Origin: Thalia democratica
Lineage: Eukaryota
Assembly: GCA_965202585.1 (NCBI GenBank)
Contig: OZ241827.1
Coordinates: 22,506,001 to 22,570,000 of the forward strand
Length of the DNA: 64,000 nt
Reading direction: 5' to 3'
Numbering within the stretch: the stretch's first letter is position 1; every line of letters begins with the position of its first letter. Shown here one piece after another: positions 23,801 to 35,800 of the stretch. The position numbers and the translations under genes are program-made. Under the pieces are notes generated by a model that saw only the letters and a list, made by a program, of their open reading frames with translations, was not told the DNA's origin and did not search any database.

Positions 23801-26800
23801 ATACCTGACTAAAAATTTTAATTAGGTAAAAAGTTTTCTTACATTTTTTAGTAAGTTTTCTTTGTTCATCACATTTAAAAAGGAATTTAATAGTAGTCAT
23901 AGGCATCACATGCTAAATTAATTGATCATTTTAGTGTAAGAAAGTTTTGACATTGTTTATCTATTTAAATTTATTTTAAAAACTCATAAACGATAAATAA
24001 AACTCATTAGATTCACTGGTTTAAAATAGAACTTTTTAAGTTCCTTTCTCAAATTACAAAACAAATCACACTTACGTGAAAGTACTGTAATACTTTTTTT
24101 ACCTAAAACGATTAAATAATATATTGTTTAAGATTTTGAGCATTTGCCAGTTGTTTGTTTAATATAGGACCAAAATTATTAAAAGAAAAACTTATATATG
24201 TATATAAGTAAAACAAAAACGTTCAAAACTATTGTATTAATCTTCATTCTTTACTCAAAGTTAGAAGTTTTTATTTATGATCAAAAAATATTCTAAATTT
24301 GTTAAGTAAAATTTATAATTCCCAGTTTGCAATAAAAGTAATTTTTTTGTATGGCAATTTCTATCCGAGCTTAACACGTTTTCAAAAACTAAATCAGGAA
24401 CAATTTTAACCAAACCAAAAACGTTTCACAATTTCAAAACAAAATTTCGAAAAAGTTACTTTCAAAAAACAGTGGTCGAAGTTGAAACTGTTCTCGGTGT
24501 GGCAGTCGGCCATCACCCAGATCTTCTTCAGCATCGGCATCGGGTACGGGGCCTACGGCGCGCAGGCGTCGTACATGAAGCGCCGCAACGACTGCCGTTA
24601 TGACGTCATATTCGTCGCCACCGTCAACTCAGCGACGTCACTCATCGCCACCGTCATCGTGTTCGGCGTGTTGGGCTTCAGGGCCAAGATAAAGAGCCGC
24701 GACTGTTTTGAAAAGTGAGAATTATTTTTTTTAGTATTATATATAAAATCTGAACAAATAATGTTTTGTTATATGTTATCATTTGCTTTGATATTTTAAA
24801 TTCAGAAGTACATTGGTTTTATAAAGTTGAAAAAATAATAATTTGTTGTTGGAGTATGTTTAGCTAGGGTCGTCATACATTTTGTAATAATTGAACCAAA
24901 GTTCTGATAAACTTTGCTATCAATATGACCAACAAAACAATGGTGTAAAAGATTGAAGATTAAGCTATGTTTAATTTAATGAAACTATCGAAAAGCTCAC
25001 AAGTTTATTAAATTGTCATGTAAAATTCAAGTAAAATTAGTTTAGTAAAAAAATTATTTTATCAAGCACGTTATTTGGTTTTTTTTAATAAGTACTGATC
25101 TTTAGAATTAAAAACTGTCAGTTTAAAAGACCAAAGAGTACGTAAAAAAAGTTTAGTCCATGTAAAATTAAGCTAAAACAAGGTGTGTATTATTTTTTTA
25201 ATACCTTAAGTGTTTTTAAAACAGATATCGATCTTTAGAATTAAAAAATTTCAGTTCAAACGATCAAAGAATACGTAACAAAAGGTTATTTAACTGTCGA
25301 TATTAAAAATGCGGATAAAACAAGGTGTGTATATAAATCTTTTATAAATACATTGTGAAGTTTTTTTTTTAAACTGTTAATCTTTAAAATTAAAAACTGT
25401 CACTTAAATAGGTCAAACATAATAAGTAAATAAGAAATTTTATCTAAACTAAAATAAGTCTTTTTCTTTTAATTTATTTTATTAAATGCATTTTATATTT
25501 TTACTAACAATTATAAATCTTAAAAACTAAAAGCTGTCAGTTTAAAAGATCAAAGAAAACGTAAAATTGTTATTTAAAACACGTTGATGTTTATTAACAT
25601 TCAAATATACTTTTTCTAACATCAAAAATACTCATACATTATTTTAATAATTATTAGAAAAACTTTAAAGTTAATTTTACGTCCTTTGTACTCAAAAGAT
25701 TGTATAACATTACGTGTGAGCTTTAATAATTTCCATTCAGTATGTAATACTTAGTGGATATAAGTACATGAACATGAAAAGTTTTGCTTTTAAAGTACGG
25801 TTCACTTTAGAAATAGCTGTTTCTAGCATATGTACTTCAAGTTTTTAAAAATCAATCTGAGCAATGTACATAAAATTTTGTACATTGTCAAAATGTTTGG
25901 AATGTTTAATAGCTTATTGTCGTTATAAATTCAAAAATAAAAGTAGTTTTTTACATTGATAGCCGGAAAATTCTTACAAAACATAAGTTGCTAAATATTG
26001 TTCTATTTTCTATGAGCCAGTTATTAAAAAAAAAAAGTTTGTGTTAGTTACTATTTTAATTCAGAAACTAGTTTCAAAGTGCTAACAACATACTATATTA
26101 AAGAACAAAGTACTAAATTATGCTAAACTTTATTAAAACGTGTTTTTAGATTTGCGACTTTGCTGAATTTTTCAGTTGAGGAGCTGCAACAAGCCACCAA
26201 CTATACCGACTTCGGAGAGTTTAACCCAATAAACTGTACTTTAGAAAAGCAATTAGACAAAGTAAGATTAACAAGTTTGATAAAACGTTTAAATCTATAA
26301 AGAAACTTTGACTGTTTGATTTGTTCAAAGCGTTGAGATTTTTTTATTTGCGTATTAGATTGCATAGATTGTAGTTTTTGAACGCAAGTTTAAATCTTAC
26401 TCGCACTGTAAAGTGTTTCCAATTGTCCCTCTGAAAATATGTTTGTGTTGATAGCGACTTTAGTTTTCAATTTACAAAAATAGTTAGATAATTTGATTAT
26501 AAGAATATAATAAAATCAAACCGTATGAAACAGATATCAAATAAGCATATCAAAAGTTCAAAACATTTCTTGTATTTTTTTTTTGGATATAAAAAAGATT
26601 AACAACTTGTCTAGTAACTTGCAATATTATATGCTTCTTCGTTACAAATCTAGTAATTAATATAAGTTATTTATTTTTGGAATAAATATTTTTTAAACAG
26701 TTAAATATAATTTAGGAACTAATAAACGAGTATTAATGCGTTTAAAAAACAAAAACATTTAAAGCTTATCAAAAACAACAGTACAACAAAACAGCTAAAA

Positions 26801-28693
26801 GTAGTATAAGTTGTTTTCTAAAACGTTTTAAAACAAGCAAAAAAAGGTAAAAGAAAAAAATGATAATTTAAAGATCTCAATAAAAGTTTCAGTAATATAT
26901 GTAAAACTGGCTAGTTTGTAAAAATTAAATGTATGCGAAAAGACAACGCATTTCGCACGTATTTAAAGTAAGATAATTGAAGATTTTAGATAAATTTTAT
27001 TAATTTTTTTTTAACGTTTTAAACCAGATTTTATTCATTGATTAACCATTCTTATAACAGCCTATGCTAAACTTTAACAGAAAAATTTTTAAACGATTCT
27101 TGCTTTCACACATTGATCAACCATTGAACCTGAGAGTCCGTTCATTGATAAATCATTCCTACAACTATGATTAAGCTTTAACAAAATACATTATTGTCTG
27201 TTGAACGATAAAAGAAAAGCGCTCAAACAGTTTGGTCTAAAGACATGGTGTACGAAGGGAACTTTCGGTTATCGAGTAGTACACCACATGTTTTTACAAT
27301 CTATTACGAGCTGATAAAAAATATATTCTAAAATTTAAAGTCTCAAACTTCTACAAAAATCAAACAACTTTTCTTGCTTTGACCCATAGGTTAAACTGTT
27401 GCATCTATGGGGCAAGCAAAATAAAACTAGTCAAAATACTTAGTTTTTTTTTTCTTTCAGGCATCCGGCGGTCCGGGCCTGGCCTTCATCACGTTCGCCG
27501 AGGCCATCGTCAACCTGCCGTGTCCCAACTTGTGGTCCCTCATGTTCTTCGTCATGCTCGGATGCGTCGGATTGTCGTCGCTAGTGGGCGTCTTCACGGG
27601 CGTGGTGGCCAGTTTCGTCGATCTCGGGGTCAAACTGTCGAAGGCGAGGCTGGCTTTCGTGCTTTGCGTTGGTGAGAAATTTATTTTATTTTTTTGATAA
27701 AATAATATTGTACATTTGTGAAATTTTTTAAAGATAACTTGAAAAAATGCTTTTAACATCAGTAACTTTTGTTTTGAATGTGTGTAATCTGGATACTAAA
27801 ACTTAAGCGTTCTTTTTTCTTTGAATAAATAAGCTTTCCTTTAGTTTTAAAACTCATGACACAAAGTACTGAAACTTGAAAAAAATATAAATCAAACAAA
27901 AATTATATCGCCAAAAAGAACATTCCAATTTTTTTATCTCCAGGTATACTGTTGCTCGCTCTACCGTACACAACTGACTTCGGATACTACCTGATAGACA
28001 TACTGGACAGCAACATTGGCACTTTGACTCTGTGCACCGTCGGACTTCTCGAAGTTGTCTTCACCTCGTACGTGTACGGAATCGACAGGTCTGATTCTAA
28101 ATGTAATTTAACAGACAAATACAGTTGGTTTGCATTTAACTTTCATAATCAGTTGCAACCTTGTTCGAAAGCACTCCTTTTTTTAAATAGTGTCATATTT
28201 TTGTTAGTAATCGACAACTAGAAAAAAAATTTTTTTGTTAGTGTTAATCGTATACTTTTACAATAGAAACACTTGTGTTCGAAACCATTAACCCTAAACC
28301 CGGCAAACCACCGCAAGTGTTAATACAAAACAAAACAGGTTCATGAGAGACGTGACCGAGATGACCGGCATCACGCTGGGCCGCTACTGGAAGTGCACCC
28401 TCAAGTACGCGTGCCCCGCACTGCTGACCACCTTCTTCGTGTCCAACCTGGTCCGCTACGCCACCCACCACCCTCTCACCTACACCGGGTGGGACCGCGC
28501 GAACGGGGCGCAGGTTCCCGTCGCCTACCCGACCTGGGGCTACTTTCAGGTGGTCCTGGTCGCTCTGCTGTGCCTGGCGGCCATCCCAACATGCATGGTG
28601 CTCGTGCGGCTGGGCAGGAAAGAGTTTCTTCGCCGCATAACCGGGGAGAGCAACGAGGGTTGTCCGAGCCAGGAGTTGGAAGCTTTGGCGTAA
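20835..28693 (+). CDS. SLC6 sodium:neurotransmitter symporter family, nutrient amino-acid transporter type (SLC6A15-20-like), 630 aa, 10 exons
   Basis: Exons 20835-21093, 21600-21757, 22111-22318, 22889-23006, 23618-23702, 24473-24714, 26150-26261, 27461-27671, 27944-28088, 28339-28693 (1893 nt, phase-consistent). Motifs WSNKAEYLL..AVGIGNIWRFP..GGGAFLIPY, RGVKSTGK, QIFFSIGIGYG, NSATS, GPGLAF, VYGIDRF; extended EL4 with two Cys (DCF..NCTLEKQLD) as in B0AT-type transporters. Confidence 0.95.
25060..25610. repeat. intronic minisatellite, 4 diverged units of ~135-150 bp
   Basis: TTTAGAATTAAAAACTGTCAGTTTAAAAGA-like unit starts at ~25101, 25234, 25383, 25519 in SLC6 intron 6. Confidence 0.7.
27192..27290 (-). 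repeat. three-hairpin SINE-like repeat, copy 3 (SLC6 intron 7)
   Basis: Reverse complement GGTGTACTACTCGATAACCGAAAGTT..TCGTACACCATGTCTTTAGACCAAAC..TTGAGCGC..CGTTCAA. Confidence 0.72.
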
Positions 28694-29058
28694 ACTGCAA
28701 CAAGCTCGTCACGCTTGAAACGAGCAAAGAAATGAGCCTAAATGAAGCGGCTATAAGTTTCTCAAATGAACTTATAAACTCAATAACGCTTAATGTGATG
28801 CTGAATTTAGCTTGTAAAAAACATTTCAACTAAAATAAGGAACTTTTCGTTATGCAAGTTTATAAAAAATAACTCTAATGTATACCAATCAATGTAAAAC
28901 TTTTAAATCATAATCTACACTAACTAAATTTAAAAAAAAATAGAAATTTGTTTAAATAAACAAGTTTGACATTTTATTATTAAATATATTACTTTGTTTA
29001 CTTTGATCATCAGATCACACGCTTTTTGTAGACGAGCACTGCACATGAAACTTTAGAC

Positions 29059-29136
29059 TTTTGCCGATGTTTTCTTTTGGGGTAATTTATATATATATAT
29101 ATATATATTATACAACAAAAGAAAACATCGGCAAAA
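29059..29136. repeat. perfect 21-bp inverted repeat enclosing a (TA)n microsatellite
   Basis: TTTTGCCGATGTTTTCTTTTG (29059-29079) and its exact reverse complement (29116-29136), 36-nt loop mostly TA repeats. Confidence 0.8.
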
Positions 29137-31087
29137 TATATATACAAAAAGTTTGTAACAAAAACTTGTTTCTGAAAAACTCTTTTAGAAGTAATTTTAA
29201 TCAAATGTGCCTTTTAAACTGGTTAGAAGCCTTATATTTAATTATGTAATAAAAAACAATGTACTATGATATATTTGTTAAATAATGTCGACATGATAAA
29301 ACTCTAGGAATTTAACTAAAACTATTTTGTCGTTTACTTAACAATTATTTCCGAAAAAAATGCATTTTTGAATATTTTGATTCTATATTACGTTTAAAAG
29401 TTTTTCTAAAATGTATAGTTAATCTATGTTTTAAAGCTAAGTTTTATAAAAATACTTTTAGTTTAGCTTGAACTTTTGCTAAAATGCTTTTTTAATTTTG
29501 TATTTACACACATTTAATAGTGTATTTATGTATTAACAATTAAAACAAACTACTGGTTGCAAAAACTTTTTTGAAAGATAGTGAAAAAGTAAGATAGAAT
29601 TAATATACATGATTAATGTACTTGTTGAAAAAGAGACGAGTAAGGACTGCTAATTAGTTGTTTATTTACAATTACTATCATAAAAAAATATTTGTTTTAA
29701 ATTAAATTACCAGTTTTTTTAGGATAGTTATCTCTTTAAAACAAGTTCTATAAGACAAGTTTGTACTTAAAAATATAATCTATAAAAGTTTGAGCCGATA
29801 CGTTCAACCACTCTGCTGTTAAAAAAAAATACTTAAATATATACCTATATAAAATACTAAATTTTCTTAGTTTTGGAAAAAAAATGTTTTTCTCAAACAG
29901 AAGTTTAACATGGTAATTTTAAGCAAATGTTTATACTATTTATTTAGATTTTGTCTTCATTTTTTCTCCACGCATATTTAAAGCAAAAACAGTTAAAAAA
30001 TTTCTTAACGTGAAAAAAATAACTTTTTTTTTTGTTAAAAAGAATTGAACAGGTGTTTTCTCTGTTTTCACGTATGTTTGTTAAGACAAGTAAATTTTAC
30101 TTGTTAAGTTTGATCTAAGTACATTTTTCATTAAAACCTGTACATTTGACCTTAAAATGTTTTTGCTAATTTCTAGGACAAAAAAAAGGAGTTTATGCAA
30201 AAAGAAATAATTTGATTATACTTTAGCCTTATTCAGTTAAAAGCAATTTTGTTTAGTTTTCTATTTTACTTGTGTTGATTACGCTTGAATTAAGTTAATA
30301 GAACAATTAATATGTTTTTATATATATTGTTTGTGTTTTATCTTAGTTTAATGTTTTAATTGTACTATCCTTGACAAAAATTCAAGAAGTATATTGGAAA
30401 AGAAATAATTTGAGTCATATTAATTATTTAGGAAACATAAAAACAAGTCTGATGCTTAAATTGTTAAAAAAGGAATTAATAACTCAAAGGTATTTTGTTT
30501 TAATTTCTGAACGTTAGTTTTAGTAAACTTACGAAAAATGGTTTCTTCTTTCAACAAAGATTTAAGAATGCACCGAAGCCGTTAGCGCCATAACAATGTA
30601 TTTTTTCAACATTAAGTTTATATGAAGTTAAGATTTGCGGCGCATTCTCATACCTTAACTAAAGTAAAAACCACAAACTAAATCTAGTAGCTTAAAAGTA
30701 AAAATGTTCCGAAGCTCAAATAGAGATCAATCAGAAAATGTTGTGCTGCTGAGAGGAAAACAGTAGAATTTTGTTTAGTTGGTAGTGCGTTTTGTTTTGT
30801 TCAACTAGCTTAATATTTCCTATAAGTTGACACAAAAGTTTAATGTTTTACTTTCCATCAGCTTGCTCATAAGTTTATCTTTTCTTAAATGTTAAGTAAA
30901 TTCAAAAGACATTAAAAATTGTAGAATTTTGTAGATATGACATTTATATTATAAAATAAACAAATAAATCACTAACCAACACGTTTGAGTAAAACTATTC
31001 TTGGCTAATTTTTTTGTTTTATTTCTTGTTTTGTATAGTAATTAATGAACTTTACCGCAAGATCAACAACAACAGCATCCGAGACAA

Positions 31088-31127
31088 CCTACGACCGGTT
31101 TCGTCCTAATTAGGACTCTCAGGCAGG
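31088..31127 (-). ncRNA. minimal type I hammerhead ribozyme, variant core CUGA-GA (nucleotide 7 absent)
   Basis: Minus strand reads CCUGC CUGAGA GUCC UAAUUA GGAC GAAA CCGG UC GUAGG: stem I CCUGC/GUAGG, stem II GUCC/GGAC, GAAA, palindromic stem III ACCGGU, GUC cleavage triplet (predicted cut between 31093 and 31092). Confidence 0.8.
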
Positions 31128-32847
31128 CACAGTCGTGTGAAACCGCTGTTGAGATCTAACAAAGTTATACACACTAATAAAGATGCTTCATATTTAAAAT
31201 AATTACAACAACAAATATATGCATATATTAAAACAGTAATTGATACTTTACAACAAAGTTAAAAAAATTAAATGTTCTCAGTTGTTATCACACATTTATT
31301 TGTTATAAATTATGATGTCCAGCTTTTAATGAGAAGCTTATCGCCGCAATGGCAACTATGCTTTACAACCATAAAAACGCTCACATTTTGTTTTTAATGT
31401 TTAATTAAAGTACGAATATTTTCTGCATCTTGAAAATATGTATCGTCGACAAAAAAATATTATGTTTATGTATAGTAAAATAGAAAACCAGTAACTATAA
31501 ATTGACTATATGACGAATTTTCGAACTACTACGTTTTGTTTTTGTTGATTGTATATGTTTTAAAGAAAAATTCAAGTATGAAAATTTACATTGAATAACT
31601 TATCATACAAAACACATTAGTACCCATCAAGTGATTATTTTGTTACAACATTGCTTTTTAAAATTTTAATTTGCATAGAAGAGTTTTTCAAAATAAGCGT
31701 CCCGCAAAAATTTGTTCATCCAGCCCACGAAAATATTATCATAGTAAATCTGGCCCTTTGACTAGAAAAGTAGCCCGTTTTATTTTAGACCAATTAAGTG
31801 CATTTAAACTTCAAAAACTATATGCAATTAGACCCGAAGTAAGCATTAGTATTTAAGTGATGAAACTGTTATTCAAATTTACTTTTTCAAACGTTTAAAA
31901 ATGACTGTTTTTTTAAATTTGATTTAATTAAAATTTGTTCAAAATTCACAGGAACTATAAAATTTATAAATTATTAGTAATGTAGCACAAAGTATATTAT
32001 ACTACAAAAGAAAAACATACTTTAAAAGATTTAATAAGTTCAGTAGTATTCAGTATATAAAATTTTTTTAAGGTGCAAAAAAGGATGATTGTTATTTTTA
32101 CAAAATTTATGATGATCATGTAGCTTTGAACAAAGAGCTAAAATAATTTAAAGTTAGGTGATTGTTAAGAACATAAACAATTAAGTTAAAAAAAAGTTTA
32201 GGATTTGATCGATATGAAATTTTTATAATCAAACGGCTAAAATTTTCAAGTTCAAAAAATATGTTGTATCTTTTAGTTATGTTCAGATGTTTTTAATTTG
32301 GATTTTTTTAAACGCTTATAACCAAAAATAGAAAACACTTTGAAATAAAAAACGGTAGTAGATGTTTCTAAATACAAAAAACTAAAAAGTTTGAGTTAAA
32401 ACTATTTTCTAAACTGAAAAATAAATCAAGCATGTTAAACAAAGTTTAAGTACTAATTTACTTTCCATTTAGTTGGCAGAAAAAGAATAAAAATAAGCTT
32501 TAAAATTAAAAATATCTTATACTATAAAAAAACAATTTTCAATAGTTTAATTACAAAAATGTCATTGGAAAGTTCGATTAATTTGGGTCTGTTTTTTATT
32601 GTTAAGTCGTACAAAAAATTAAAGTACATGATACTTCCATAAAAACGTTGTTCAATTTTTTTTAGAATGTAAGACGACTATCAAAATACTTCCATGGACA
32701 TTTTTAATCGAACTTCATGAAAATTTAGTGCCAAGTGCAAAATTTAAGCTAGTGGGCAGCAGAGAGCATATTGAAAGCGGTACCTACGCTTTATAAAGGA
32801 AGTATTACACACGAGCTAAAAAGATTAACAAACAACAATCATTTAAA

Positions 32848-35800
32848 ATGCCAATAAGCTGGCTTCTGTTCATTTTGTTTTCGCTTGCATATAAGATTGC
32901 GGGTAAAAAAGGTACGTTTGTTTTAAAGTCTAAAGCAATTTAAATCTAAATAGACTAATTTATTTATTTATTTTCTTTATATAAGTTTAACAATAAAACT
33001 TGAATTTTACCTTAAAGATTATTAATTTTGTTGACCGGAATTAGTGGTTTCTTTCTTATAAATAACGAACTTTGTTATGTACAGATTAATGATATAGTCC
33101 CTTTATTAAACTAAAAAATCAAAATCAATTTAAAATTTTTATGTATTGTACATTTTTTGTAATAATGAAAGCTAAGACAGGTTGAAAGATAATTCAACAA
33201 AAATCAACATGTAACTTTCACAGCACTGTCAGTATCCGAGTTGTGTTTGAGCAGACAGGCAGGGTGTGAGGTGTGCATTTCGGCGCACCACCAATGCACG
33301 TGGTGCGCTGCTGAGCTCGGTGAATTTTCTTCCCGCCAAAAACGCTGCAGAACTAAACAGTGAGTAGTCAGCATTTATTTTTGTAATATTTTGAAACGCA
33401 TTTGAAAATTAAGTTTTGAAAGCTTTTACCATAGCAGTTAACAAAAACAACCACATTAAGTCTATTAAAGCTTTTGTAAGAACTTCGTAGAAAATTGCAG
33501 TGTAAAAGTTGTTTAGCTTTTATAACTATGTTTGTTTTAAAACACTACTTTAGATTTTTTTTAATTTTTTCAAACTTTTTTAAATTTTCTATAAAACTAA
33601 TTTCTAGTCAAGTTTTTTATGAAAAAAATATTTTAAACGTTGTTCAGTCTTTACAAATTACTATTTTTACTGTTTTTATATATTATTTTCAAACTCAATA
33701 AGCTAATAAAACTTTTGGCTTTACAGTGAAAACGAAAAACAATGCCAAGCAAATTTAATCTACAACCCGGTAAAGAACTTAACTTACGTAGAAGATAAAG
33801 ATTTCGGTGAAACTACAATCGGAAACTTGAGAAATCCAAGAACGATTGTTCAATTAAAGCCGCAAAATGCTACTTTGAAAATAAGACCAGGTTTTGTTAG
33901 CTACTAAAATATTTGTTTAGATTTTTTATCACTAAGTGTATTTCTGCTTGCATCATTTTATTTTGTAGACCTTATCTGAGGTTAACTAGTCGTCAGTATA
34001 AAAATAAGAGCAGTTTAAAAACTCATATACTTAACATGTAACAAAACAACTAGCAAAAATTTTTCGTAAACACTTTGTTACTTGTAAAAACATAAAATTG
34101 TATTTTTACCACAAGTATTGCCGTAGTGATTTGTTTTATAGCAATATACTTTAATGTAAACCTTTTTAACAACCAATTATATGTAAACTTAAACTATTAC
34201 AAAATTGAAAAGTCGTTAGTAAAGTAACAAAAATTTCAGTACAACTGAAAGTAAAATGCCCAAGTAATAAAGTAAATAAAAAGTTTTTGTCATCAACAAG
34301 TATTTTTAAATTTGTTTTTATTAGCATATTTTAATCCATATTTACTAAGTTATAACATTATATTTTGAACTAATATAAAACAAATACTCTTTAATTATCA
34401 TAATAAATTTAAACTGTTTCAAATGTAATACTTTATGTGACTAAAATTTTAGTTTAGTAAGCATTAAGTTTTCTTCAAAACTGAAACTTTTATTTCACTC
34501 ATTGCATTAAACTATAAGCTTTAGCTCAAACTAACTTAACTATTATTTTGTAAAATTTGCATACTTTGTTCTGTTGTCATTAGTCCTAAAATAAAAAAAC
34601 AGTAAGGAAATAATTATTCTACCTAACATTCATATCAGCAATTTTTATAAGTTCATTTTGTTGAATACTGGAAAAAATACCATGGGTTTTAATAATTGTA
34701 TGGTTGAAATATAGAAAAATTAGTATTTTTAAGAAAAAAAAACAAAAGTTAGATCTTTTATGTGCACGTTTTTAAATTTTTTCTTTTATAAACATTTGAT
34801 TTAAATTTAAACAGGAGAAACTATAAAGTTAAATGTGACTTACAAAAAACTAATGGACTATCCACTAGATTTGTATTATGTTTTGGATTTATCTCTTTCT
34901 ATGGCGGATGATTTAGAAAATCTCAAAGTTTGTTTTTATTTACTATTTTTAAAAGTTTTTATATTGAAAAACTACATTTAAATTTTTTAAGTTTTGTTAC
35001 TTTTAAATTTTATTACTTCATTTGAAGACAGAAAAACAGTACATTTTAGACAAACTTGCACAAAAAAGGCAGACAAAAAACTATCTTTTAAGTACCTTTT
35101 CAAAACTTTTCGTTTAGGGAAGCTTATTAAAGATATACAACGTATAGGCTCCTATCTTATTAAACTACATAGCAAAAAGTTTCTTGAGTTTTAAATTTTT
35201 ATACATATTATAACCATAATTACTATTTGAACTTTAATTTATTTTTTTATAGAATACACTTTTACTTAGAATTTTGCATTTATGTATTCACAACAGCGCT
35301 TTGGAGGAAAACTAGTAAAGGAAATAAAAAATATAACCGATAACGTACACATGGGCTTCGGAACTTTTGTTGACAAAGTCCTACTCCCGATTGCCAGTGA
35401 CGACGAAAAACTGTTAATATGTTTAATTTTTACATAAGTCAGCAACAAACAATATGGTAAAAAAAAACATAAATATGTTCATTGGTTTGTTAACACTAAA
35501 TCAAACGATTGTTAACAAAATCTATTTAATTTTTAGTAATAAATGTAATTTAAGTCAAAGTTTTCAAAATAGCAAAATTGATTTTATCAAATAAAATAAA
35601 ACTTCAAGTTTATAAAATCTTTTTTTTAATAATAGTTTAAACTTTGGACTGATAAACAGTTAAAGTTAGGTTTTAACAACTTCAAACTTTTTTGTCAGGC
35701 AGCAACTGATATGCGCCGACCAAACCTGCCAGCCGACCTTCGGTTTCAAGCATCAGCTGCCCCTCACCAGCGACGGGTCCAAGTTCAAGGAGTCGGTTAA

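Noticed and set aside
27129-27165. CCTGAGAGTCC, identical to the start of the hammerhead core
   Set aside because: No GGAC-GAAA or pairing stems follow; at most a badly decayed copy or a chance match.
28244-28833. Extra ORFs over the last SLC6 exon
   Set aside because: Shadow frames of a GC-rich exon.
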